Of a stretch of 47,076 nucleotides of DNA, positions 18,037 through 25,938 are shown in pieces. Each line of letters opens with the position of its first letter. The first letter of the stretch is position 1. Below the pieces are notes generated by a model that saw only the letters and a list, made by a program, of their open reading frames with translations, did no database searches and was not told the DNA's origin. This DNA comes from Ktedonobacterales bacterium (GTDB lineage: Bacteria; Chloroflexota; Ktedonobacteria; Ktedonobacterales; JADMIN01): assembly GCA_025935235.1 (NCBI GenBank), contig JAICVT010000001.1, positions 1 through 47,076 of the forward strand. Reading direction: 5' to 3'. The translations under genes and the position numbers were made by a program.

Positions 18037-18408
18037 ATGCAAGAGGATCCCGCCCGCGCACGACTGCACCAGCATCTCGACCTGCGACGCGCCCTGCGCG
18101 CGCTGGGCGACGAGGTGCGCCTGGAGATCGTGCATATGCTGGCGAATGGCGCCGAGAGAAAAGTCACCGACCTGGCGGCGACGCTGCTGATTAGCCAGCC
18201 GCTGGTCTCGTGGCATCTGAGCGCGCTGCGTCGCGCGGGCCTCGTGCGCAAGCGTCGCACCGGGCGCGAGGTCTACATCTCGCTGGATCTGGCGCGCTAT
18301 CGCTCTGTCGTTGGTCAACTCGGCTCACTGATTGAGCCAGTCAGCCAGCCGCAACCAGCCGCGCGGCCCATGCGCTCCCCAGCGGAGCCAACGCCGAGCG
18401 CGGGCTGA
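18037..18408 (+). CDS. ArsR/SmtB-family transcriptional regulator
   Basis: wHTH is [64 protein letters not shown]. The ORF is open from 17971 and the start is uncertain. Confidence 0.85.
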   Translation: MQEDPARARLHQHLDLRRALRALGDEVRLEIVHMLANGAERKVTDLAATLLISQPLVSWHLSALRRAGLVRKRRTGREVYISLDLARYRSVVGQLGSLIEPVSQPQPAARPMRSPAEPTPSAG

Positions 18409-18436
18409 GGCGGGAACGCGCCTGCAACGCGCCTGC

Positions 18437-18463
18437 ATGGCAGACATGGCAGACATGGCAGGC
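18437..18463. repeat. 9-nt direct tandem repeat x3 (atggcagac)
   Basis: Copies at 18437-18445, 18446-18454 and 18455-18463, upstream of the likely ino1 start. Confidence 0.9.
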
Positions 18464-18550
18464 GCGGCGGGCGCAGCGGGCCGCCAGACGCCGCAATTTC
18501 CGGCGGCGGCGCCCGAGGATCGTGATGGGTCTTCAGGAGGACTACAGTAC

Positions 18551-19738
18551 GTGGGCAAAGACAAGATTCGTGTCGCCATCATCGGCGTCGGCAACTGCGC
18601 CTCTTCGCTGGTGCAGGGTGTCGAGTATTACAAGCATGCCGCCGATGATGAGTTCATCCCCGGCCTGATGCACGTCAATCTCGGTGGCTACCACATCAAC
18701 GACATCGAGTTCAGCGCCGCCATTGACATTGATCAGGACAAGGTGGGCAAGGACCTGAGCGAAGCGGTCTTCGCCGGGCAGAACAACACCTACAAGTTCA
18801 GCGATGTCCCCACCAAAGGCGTGACGGTCGCGCGCGGCATGACCCACGATGGCCTGGGCAAGTACCTCTCGCAGGTCATCACCAAAGCCCCCGGCCATAC
18901 CGCCGACATCGTCAAGCTGCTCCAGGACACTGGAACCGATGTCGTCATCAACTACCTGCCAGTCGGCAGCGAGACGGCCACCAAGTGGTATGTCGAGCAG
19001 ATCTTGCAGGCGGGCTGCGCGATGGTCAACTGCATCCCGGTCTTCATTGGCCGCGAAGAGTACTGGCGCAAGCGCTTCGAGGAAGCGGGCCAGCCGATCA
19101 TCGGCGACGACATCAAGAGCCAGGTCGGCGCCACCATCGTCCACCGCGCGCTGGCTCGCCTCTATCGCGAGCGCGGCGTCAAGCTGGAGCGCACCTATCA
19201 ACTCAACGTCGGCGGCAACACTGACTTTATGAACATGCTGGAGCGCGAGCGACTGGAGTCCAAGAAGATCTCCAAGACCAACGCCGTCATTAGCCAGCTC
19301 GACTACGACCTCGGCACATCAAACGTGCATGTCGGGCCAAGCGACTACGTGCCGTGGCTCACCGACCGCAAGTTCGCCTTCATCCGCCTGGAGGGGCGCA
19401 CCTTCGGCGATGTGCCGCTCAACCTGGAGCTGAAGCTGGAGGTCTGGGATTCGCCCAACTCCGCTGGCGTGGTGATTGACGCCATCCGCTGCGCCAAGCT
19501 CGCCAGGAATAACGGCATCGCCGGGGAGCTGCTGGGGCCGAGCGCCTACTTCATGAAGTCGCCCGCCATCCAGTACACCGACGAGCAGGCGCGACTGATG
19601 GTCGAGGAGTTCATCCGCGATAACGCGCTGGGCGCCAAGCCCGCCAGCGACGCCAAGCCCGCTCAGGCCAAGGCGCACGCCAACGGCCACACGCTGGCCG
19701 AGGCTGGCGCGGTTCGCGACCTGCCGACGGCGGAGTAA
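18551..19738 (+). CDS. ino1: myo-Inositol-1-phosphate (inositol-3-phosphate) synthase
   Basis: [24 protein letters not shown] is nearly identical to the actinobacterial Ino1 N-terminus. The Rossmann and catalytic regions are conserved throughout. GTG at 18551 is preceded by AGGAGG (18535-18540). The ORF is open back to 18332, but that would overlap arsR. Confidence 0.9.
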   Translation: MGKDKIRVAIIGVGNCASSLVQGVEYYKHAADDEFIPGLMHVNLGGYHINDIEFSAAIDIDQDKVGKDLSEAVFAGQNNTYKFSDVPTKGVTVARGMTHDGLGKYLSQVITKAPGHTADIVKLLQDTGTDVVINYLPVGSETATKWYVEQILQAGCAMVNCIPVFIGREEYWRKRFEEAGQPIIGDDIKSQVGATIVHRALARLYRERGVKLERTYQLNVGGNTDFMNMLERERLESKKISKTNAVISQLDYDLGTSNVHVGPSDYVPWLTDRKFAFIRLEGRTFGDVPLNLELKLEVWDSPNSAGVVIDAIRCAKLARNNGIAGELLGPSAYFMKSPAIQYTDEQARLMVEEFIRDNALGAKPASDAKPAQAKAHANGHTLAEAGAVRDLPTAE

Positions 19739-19895
19739 GCGACGCGCCTCGCCCATGCGCGAACATGTGTGATGCGCATCAACGCGCCTGGGCGAGCGGC
19801 GCGTGGCGCGTGGCGTTCGCGCCACCGCCGCTCAGGGCATCTCCCAACGTACATCTGGTATCGCCTCTGATCGCCCGGAAGGCGAGGAGCATGCG

Positions 19896-20885
19896 ATGGT
19901 CTACTGGTTGACACGACTGGCAAGCTGGCTCACGGGAAAGGTTCCCCGCCGCGCGCGTCTGGCGCTGGGGGGGCCGCTCACGACGCTCGTCTACTATGCC
20001 TGGGCGTCGAAGCGGCGCGTGACCATCGCCAACATGGCGCAGATCATCGGCGCGACGCCTGATGATCCACGCGCACGCCAACTGGCCCGCCAATCGTGGC
20101 GCAACTATGGTCGCTACCTCTCCGACTTCTTCTATCTGCCCAATGCGACGCGCGAGCAGGTGATGGCGCGCGTGCGCGATGTCACACCCGCTCCGGGCGC
20201 CTTCGCCGGGCTGGATGAGGCGGCGGCGCTGGGCAAGGGCACGATCATCGCCACCGCGCACTTCGGCGCGTGGGACATCGCGGGCGTGGTCGTCGCCTCG
20301 AAGCAAACACTCTATGTGCTGGCCGACACCTTCACCGACCCGCGCATGGATGATCTGATCCAGGGACAGCGCGCGCACTTCGGGCTGCGCGTGCTGCGGG
20401 CCGAGAAGTCGCCGCGGCCCATCCTGCGGGCGCTGCAAGACAACCAGGCGGTGGCGATCGTGGCCGACCGTCCGCTGCCAGCGAGCGAGGGCACGCCGAT
20501 CACCTTCTTTGGGCGGCGCTGCTACGTGCCGGGCGGGGTGGCGCAGCTCGCGCTGCTCTCAGGCGCGCCGATCGCCGTGGGCTGCGCGCGCTACGACGAC
20601 CAATTCTCGTCCACCTATTACCTCGTCCTGGCGGAGCTGATCTATCCAGAGCGCACAGGCGACCGTCAGGCCGACATCATCCGGCTGACACAGCGCGTCT
20701 ATAGCGCGCTGGAGCGCGTCATCGCGGAACACCCGGACCAGTGGTTCATGTTCCGCCCATTCTGGCCAGAGCAACCAGAGCAATCGGCGACGGCGCCCGC
20801 TGACGCCGCGCCCGCGTTGGCGACGAGCGCTCCGGCCAGCGCCGCGGCCTCCGCGGGCGGCGCGCAGGGGGAAGCGGATGACTGA
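19896..20885 (+). CDS. Lysophospholipid (lauroyl/myristoyl, HtrB/PatA-like) acyltransferase 1
   Basis: LPLAT-family layout: N-terminal membrane-associated helix, then HFGAWD (HX4D-like catalytic motif). ATG at 19896 is preceded by GGCGAGGAG. Its stop overlaps the next start (ATGA). Confidence 0.8.
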   Translation: MVYWLTRLASWLTGKVPRRARLALGGPLTTLVYYAWASKRRVTIANMAQIIGATPDDPRARQLARQSWRNYGRYLSDFFYLPNATREQVMARVRDVTPAPGAFAGLDEAAALGKGTIIATAHFGAWDIAGVVVASKQTLYVLADTFTDPRMDDLIQGQRAHFGLRVLRAEKSPRPILRALQDNQAVAIVADRPLPASEGTPITFFGRRCYVPGGVAQLALLSGAPIAVGCARYDDQFSSTYYLVLAELIYPERTGDRQADIIRLTQRVYSALERVIAEHPDQWFMFRPFWPEQPEQSATAPADAAPALATSAPASAAASAGGAQGEADD

Positions 20886-22032
20886 GCGCCCCGACGCGCC
20901 GAGCGCGCGGCTCGATGTGAATGACCGGAACGATCCTGGAGGTCTGAACGACCGGGCGAGGTACTGGGCGTTCCGCCTGCTGGCGGCGCTCGCGCCGCTG
21001 GCGCCACTCTGGCTGGCCCAGCGCATCGCTGTGGCGGCGGGGGCGCTGCTGTGGCTGTGCGCGGGCGGGCTGCGGCGGCGAGCCGAGCGCAACCTGGGGC
21101 GCATCCCCCCGCTGGCGGCTGATCCGGCGCGGCTGCGTGCGGCCACACGTGGCGTCTTCATCAACCTCGCGCTGAACTACCTGGACTTTTTCCGGGGGCG
21201 CGTCGTCACCTATGAGGAACTGGCGCGCGGCTGGCAGATCACCGGCTGGGAGCTGTTCGAGCAGGCCATGCGAGCGGGGCGCGGCGTCATCATCCTGGGC
21301 GCGCACCTTGGCCCCTTCGAGTACGCAGCATGGAAGCTGGGCGAGCTGGGCTATCCCCTGCTGACCCCGGCGGAGCGGCTGCGACCGGAGCGCTTCAACC
21401 AACTCGTGGCGCGGCTGCGCAACCATCATCACGCGCGGCTCTTGCCGGGCGACGACCGCGAGACGCTGCGCGAGTTGCTCGGCGCACTGCGCAACGGCCA
21501 ACTGGCGATGTTCGCGATTGATCGCTGGGTGATGGGGCCGAGTGACGCATGGCCACTCTTCGGGCAACCCGCGCGCCTGCCGACCGCGCCCTTCGCGCTG
21601 GCGGCGCGCAGCGAGGCGCCCGTCTTTCTGCTGGTTCCCTGGCGCCGCGGACTCAACCGCTATGGCGGCAGCGTGGAGTTGATCACGCCGGAGCGTCTGC
21701 GCCCAGAGGCCAGCGCCGATGGCGAAGGTGGTAGCGAATCTACTGGCGCCCCACGCGGACGCGACCGCGAGGCCGCCATCGCGCGGATGCGCCAGCGGCT
21801 GTATCCCGCGCTGGAGCGCGCCATCAGCGAGCATCCAGAGCAGTGGGTCTCGGCGCTCTCGCCCATCTGGGACGAGCGAGACGCCCAGCCACGGCGGTCG
21901 CGAGCCGCCGCGACAGAGGAAGCGACGGAGCAGACAATGGAGCAGGCGCCAATGGCGACGACGCCCGCAATCGTGAGTGGCGCGCGTTCTGCGTTGCCTG
22001 GAGGAAACGCGCGCGTGCAGATAGCGCAGTAA
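20878..22032 (+). CDS. Lysophospholipid (HtrB/PatA-like) acyltransferase 2
   Basis: Paralogous layout with HLGPFE in the catalytic position. An 8-nt overlap with the upstream paralogue suggests translational coupling. Confidence 0.75.
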   Translation: MTERPDAPSARLDVNDRNDPGGLNDRARYWAFRLLAALAPLAPLWLAQRIAVAAGALLWLCAGGLRRRAERNLGRIPPLAADPARLRAATRGVFINLALNYLDFFRGRVVTYEELARGWQITGWELFEQAMRAGRGVIILGAHLGPFEYAAWKLGELGYPLLTPAERLRPERFNQLVARLRNHHHARLLPGDDRETLRELLGALRNGQLAMFAIDRWVMGPSDAWPLFGQPARLPTAPFALAARSEAPVFLLVPWRRGLNRYGGSVELITPERLRPEASADGEGGSESTGAPRGRDREAAIARMRQRLYPALERAISEHPEQWVSALSPIWDERDAQPRRSRAAATEEATEQTMEQAPMATTPAIVSGARSALPGGNARVQIAQ

Positions 22033-22183
22033 GCAGAGCGTCGTGGGCGCCAGTCGCAATCACTGGACGCAACCAGCGAGAAGCGCCCGCGTAAAGCATC
22101 GGGGCTCGCGCGGCGCCGAACGACCCACACGGCCAAGATGGGCCAGAGCGCACGACGCGCTATCACCTTTCGCGCCAGACCTG

Positions 22184-22189
22184 TATAAT
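22184..22189 (+). promoter_or_regulatory. Candidate -10 element (perfect TATAAT) upstream of the PHP-pimA genes
   Basis: ctgTATAATg in the 380-nt gap after acyltransferase 2. I see no convincing -35. Confidence 0.3.
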
Positions 22190-22230
22190 GAGGTGACTCG
22201 GCGGACAACGCGCGAGCGCGCACAGGTGAG

Positions 22231-22276
22231 ACAAGGCAAGACCAGGCGAGACCAGGCAAGACCAGGCAAGACCAGC
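22231..22276. repeat. 10-nt direct tandem repeat x4.5 (accaggcaag)
   Basis: acaaggcaag accaggcgag accaggcaag accaggcaag accagc, lying between the TATAAT and the AAGGAG at 22283. Confidence 0.9.
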
Positions 22277-22413
22277 GACGACAAGGAGCTTTTCCCATTA
22301 CCTATCCATCAGACACATCAGCGCACAGCACTCGCAGCAGCACACCTGCCGCCGATTACACCCTTTCAGGATACGTTGGCCGCAAGCGCGCCACCGGGCT
22401 TGCCGACCTGCAC

Positions 22414-23235
22414 ATGCATACGACCTATAGCGATGGCGTCGGCTCCGTCGAAGAGACGCTGGCCGTCATCCAGTGGCGCACCGCGCTGGATGTGATCGCT
22501 ATCACCGACCACGACACCATCGAGGGCGCGCTGCGGGCGCGCGATCTGGCGGAGCGACAGCATCTGCCCTTCGAGGTGATCGTCGGCGAAGAGGTCAGCA
22601 CGCGCGAGGGGCATGTGCTGGCGCTCTTCCTGCATCAGCGCATCCCGCCGGGGCTGAGCGTCGAGCGCACCATCGAGCTGGCGCACGCGCAGGGCGGGCT
22701 GGCGATCATCGCGCACCCATTCAATCCCGTCTTCCGTCATAGTGTGCAGCGGCCGGTTGTGGATCGCCTGCTGCGCCAGCCCGATCTGCATCCCGACGGC
22801 ATCGAGACGCTCAACGGCAGCTTCGCGGGCATCGGCTCGTCGCGCGTGGCGCAGGAGCTGACGCGCTCGATCTACCATTGGGCCGAGACCGGCGGCAGCG
22901 ACGCGCACACGCCCTCGGCGATTGGCTGCGCGCTGACCCGCTATCCTGGCTCCGGCGTGGAGGCGCTACGCCAGGCGATCAGCCAGCGCGCCACGAGCGC
23001 GGAGGGCGGCTACTGGCGCGCGCGCGAGTATGTCACCTACGTCTCGCACACCATAGCCTATGGCATCAACGCGACCTATGAGCCAGCGAACCTGCCGCAT
23101 ACGGCGTTCTCGCGGGCGCGGCAGGCCACCTTTGGCCGCTTCGCACACCGGCGCGTCGTTCACCTGATCAATTCGCTGGCGCCCGATTCGCTGTCCGTCA
23201 ATTCGCTTGAAGTGGCGAGCGCGGGCAGACGCTAG
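22414..23235 (+). CDS. PHP-domain metal-dependent phosphoesterase (TrpH/YciV-like); true start lies upstream of 22414
   Basis: HMHTTYSDG...AITDHDT...AHP...ETLNG...GGSDAH are PHP metal-ligand motifs. The first His of the HxH motif and its preceding Asp (ADLHMH) are encoded upstream of the first ATG. Confidence 0.8.
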   Translation: MHTTYSDGVGSVEETLAVIQWRTALDVIAITDHDTIEGALRARDLAERQHLPFEVIVGEEVSTREGHVLALFLHQRIPPGLSVERTIELAHAQGGLAIIAHPFNPVFRHSVQRPVVDRLLRQPDLHPDGIETLNGSFAGIGSSRVAQELTRSIYHWAETGGSDAHTPSAIGCALTRYPGSGVEALRQAISQRATSAEGGYWRAREYVTYVSHTIAYGINATYEPANLPHTAFSRARQATFGRFAHRRVVHLINSLAPDSLSVNSLEVASAGRR

Positions 23236-23313
23236 CCCCATGCTAGTCGCTCGCTCGCACGCTGCCGCGCCAGGCCATTCAGGAGGAGATGGGCGAACGC
23301 CCAGAGGGACCTA

Positions 23314-24510
23314 GTGAAGATCGGACTTGTCTCGCCCTACGACTGGAGCTACCCCGGTGGCGTCCAGGAGCACATCCAGCGCCTGTCCACTGAGCTGCGC
23401 GGGCGCGGCCACAGCGTGCGCATTCTCACGCCGGCCACGGGCGTGCGCGGGCGACAGGTCGAGTATGGCGTCTACAAGCTCGGCTGGGCGGCGCCGCTGC
23501 ATGTGAACGGCTCGATCGCGCGGGTCGCCTTCGCGCCGCACGTCTCTGGACGGCTGCGCGGCATCCTGCATCGCGAGCAGTTCGACATCATCCACCTGCA
23601 CGAGCCGCTGGCCTCGCCGATGGGGCTGTACGTGCTGCATACTGGCCCGGCGACCGGCGCGACGATTGTCGGCACATTCCACGCCTGGGCGCGGCACAGT
23701 CTGGCCTCGGCGCCAGAGTGGGCTTACGCCTCGGCGGCGCCATTCCTGGGGCGCTACTATCGGCGGCTGGATGGCCGCATCGCCGTCTCGCCCGCCGCCG
23801 CGGAGTTCGTCTCACGCTTCTTCCCCGGCGACTTCCGCATCATCCCGAATGGCGTAGATACGCAGGTCTTCCATCCCGATACGCCGCCGCTACCAGCGTT
23901 CGACGATGGCAAGCTCAACATCCTGTACCTGGGGCGCATCGAGAAGCGCAAGGGGTTGAAGTATCTGCTGCGCGCCATCCCGATGATCCGCGAGCACTTC
24001 CCCAATACGCGCTTCCTGATCGGCGGCGACGGGCCGCTGCGCGTGGGATTCGAGCGACTGGTGGCGCAGGCGGGCTGGCCCGATGTCGTCTTTCTGGGGC
24101 GAGTGCCAGGGGAGCAACTACCCGCGCTCTTCGCCAGCGCGCACGTCTTCTGCGCGCCCAACATCGGCGGCGAGTCGCAGGGCATCGTGCTGCTGGAGGC
24201 GATGGCCTCCGGGCGGCCGGTCGTCGCGTCTGACATCCCCGGCTTCCGCTCGGTCATTCGCCACCAGCAGGATGGCCTGCTGACCCCGCCCACGCGCAGC
24301 GAAGAGCTGGCCTGGGCGGTGTGCCATCTGCTCAGCGACGACGCGGAGCGCGCGCGACTGGCCCAGGCGGGTCGGGAGCGCGCCGAAGCGTTCAGTTGGG
24401 AGCGTGTGGCCACCGACGTGCTGGGCTACTACGAAGAGCGGCGGGCGACGGTCAAGCGTGGCTCGCTCTATCTGCCGCCGGAGGCCGCATCGGTCTCGCT
24501 GGCGGATTAA
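23314..24510 (+). CDS. pimA: GT4 glycosyltransferase, PimA-like phosphatidylinositol alpha-mannosyltransferase
   Basis: MKIGLVSPYDWSYPGGVQEHIQRL..., HLHEP, GRIAVS, IPNGVD and CAPNIGGESQGIVLLEAMASGRPVVASD track mycobacterial PimA along the whole length. GTG start with GAGGGA upstream. Confidence 0.85.
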   Translation: MKIGLVSPYDWSYPGGVQEHIQRLSTELRGRGHSVRILTPATGVRGRQVEYGVYKLGWAAPLHVNGSIARVAFAPHVSGRLRGILHREQFDIIHLHEPLASPMGLYVLHTGPATGATIVGTFHAWARHSLASAPEWAYASAAPFLGRYYRRLDGRIAVSPAAAEFVSRFFPGDFRIIPNGVDTQVFHPDTPPLPAFDDGKLNILYLGRIEKRKGLKYLLRAIPMIREHFPNTRFLIGGDGPLRVGFERLVAQAGWPDVVFLGRVPGEQLPALFASAHVFCAPNIGGESQGIVLLEAMASGRPVVASDIPGFRSVIRHQQDGLLTPPTRSEELAWAVCHLLSDDAERARLAQAGRERAEAFSWERVATDVLGYYEERRATVKRGSLYLPPEAASVSLAD

Positions 24511-24530
24511 CGTCGTAGCGCCGCTCGCGG

Positions 24531-24578
24531 CGCCCATCGAAACGCCCACCGAGGCGCCCATCGAGGCATCCATCAGGG
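24531..24578. repeat. Degenerate 12-nt tandem repeat x4 (cgcccatcgagg)
   Basis: cgcccatcgaaa cgcccaccgagg cgcccatcgagg catccatcaggg. Confidence 0.8.
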
Positions 24579-24710
24579 CTAGCGCAAACGGCTGGCGCGC
24601 TCGCGGCGATGGCTCAATCGCTCAATACAGAGAGCGACGATGAGCGGAGCGATACGCGACGCGCGGGTAGTGTGCCGAGGAGCGTCTGAGCGTTCGAGTC
24701 AGCGCCCTGA

Positions 24711-24719
24711 TGGTACAAT
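24711..24719 (+). promoter_or_regulatory. Candidate extended -10 promoter (TGgTACAAT)
   Basis: tggtacaat lies about 27 nt upstream of the ATG at 24746. The RBS-like ggagcgagga lies between them. Confidence 0.35.
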
Positions 24720-24745
24720 GAACACCACGCGGAGCGAGGAAGAAC

Positions 24746-25519
24746 ATGTTCGGGCCGGGCATTCAACAACGAGCGCGACGCATCGCCGAATACGTGGTGC
24801 GTCCACTCGCGGCGATCGGCCTCACACCGAATATGGCCACGCTCATCGGGCTGCTGCTCAATGGCGTCGCCGCGGCGATTCTGGCAAGCGGCAGCCTGCG
24901 GCTCGGTGGCCTGGCGCTGCTGATCGCCGGTCTCTTTGACATGGTGGATGGGGCGCTGGCGCGGGTCACCAACAAGAAGACGACGTTTGGCGCGTTCTTC
25001 GATTCGACGATTGACCGCTACTCCGAAGGGCTGACGCTGCTCGGCGTGATCGTCTTCGCGCTGCGGCAGCCGCCCTCGCCCACGCACACCTGGGAAGTGG
25101 CGCTGGCCTACGTGGCCGCGCTCGGCTCGGTGATGGTGAGCTACACGCGCGCGCGCGCCGAGGGGCTGGGCCTCAGCCTGAAAACCGGGCTGATGGCGCG
25201 CCCTGAGCGGGTGCTGCTGCTGGCGGGCGGCCTGATCATTGGCGGAGCCGATTGGCTCGTGTGGACCCTGCTGGCGCTGGCGGTGACGAGCGTCTTCACC
25301 TCCGCCCAGCGCATCGTTGATGTCGCCCGCATGCTCGCACGAGCGGGCGCCAACTCAGGCGCCCGCACGACCGCGACCGCCGCGCCATCGGAGCGCGCCA
25401 TCAGCGGGAACGGGCACGCCGCGTCGGCTTCGTATTCCACGACAACACAACGAACACCAATCACTCCAGAGTCTCCCTCCTCGGCGCGGTCAAGGGGCGG
25501 CTCTGGGCCAGCGAACTGA
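24746..25519 (+). CDS. CDP-alcohol phosphatidyltransferase (phosphatidylinositol-phosphate synthase-like)
   Basis: Full CDP-OH_P_transf motif D(x2)DG(x2)AR(x8)G(x3)D(x3)D is present as DMVDGALARVTNKKTTFGAFFDSTIDRYSE. Multiple TM helices. Context is ino1 and pimA. Confidence 0.85.
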   Translation: MFGPGIQQRARRIAEYVVRPLAAIGLTPNMATLIGLLLNGVAAAILASGSLRLGGLALLIAGLFDMVDGALARVTNKKTTFGAFFDSTIDRYSEGLTLLGVIVFALRQPPSPTHTWEVALAYVAALGSVMVSYTRARAEGLGLSLKTGLMARPERVLLLAGGLIIGGADWLVWTLLALAVTSVFTSAQRIVDVARMLARAGANSGARTTATAAPSERAISGNGHAASASYSTTTQRTPITPESPSSARSRGGSGPAN

Positions 25520-25540
25520 CGCGCCGGCGCGTCAGTTCGC
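25511..25540. terminator. Perfect 30-bp palindrome overlapping the stop codon
   Basis: gcgaactgacgcgcc / ggcgcgtcagttcgc has 15-bp arms. No U-tract follows. Confidence 0.45.
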
Positions 25541-25938
25541 GCAATGACAACCGAGTGACAGGGCGGCGCTTCCGTCAGGGAAGATGGGTCGCCGGACACA
25601 ACGCCGGTGGGGTTGAGCGACGTCGAGCGACGCCAGAGCAGCGCTGAGGCGCGCCGGGCGATGAGCTTCGACCGCCGCGACTGCGTAGCGCGGATGGGCC
25701 GCGCGGCGCGATGTGTGACCCAGGCCAGGGAAACCGCCTGCGTCGCCCGCGCCACGTCTGAGCCGCTCGCGGGCTGCGCGCATGGCGGACCGTAGTCTCT
25801 CGTTCTGGCGAGCACAGTCTTCGCAGAGTCCTACACGATTCATGCGCCGCGCTGGCTGGCTCTCCGTCTGGTCTCCCCCACACCGCGCGTCCACGCGCCT
25901 GCCCCTGTCAGACCACAACAGGAGAGAATCCTACACCT

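Noticed and set aside
18332-18550. The upstream extension of the ino1 ORF (starts at 18332 or 18437), which overlaps the arsR 3' end.
   Set aside because: The extension is Ala/Arg/Gly-rich and includes the 9-nt tandem repeat. Homology to Ino1 begins at [12 protein letters not shown]. The GTG at 18551 has an AGGAGG RBS. The exact start remains unproven.
22231-22276. Whether the short tandem repeats (22231-22276, 43261-43300, 40671-40710, etc.) could be CRISPR arrays.
   Set aside because: The units are only 9-18 nt and directly abut one another with no spacers. No cas genes are present in the window.
25532-25918. Minus-strand ORF in the 400-nt gap before the NYN gene, including an internal MNRVGLCEDCARQNERLR... 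segment that superficially looks protein-like.
   Set aside because: Its third-position G/C preference is clearly weaker than in real genes here. No RBS lies at a usable distance, and I see no recognisable domain. I treated the region as a long 5' leader, with low certainty.
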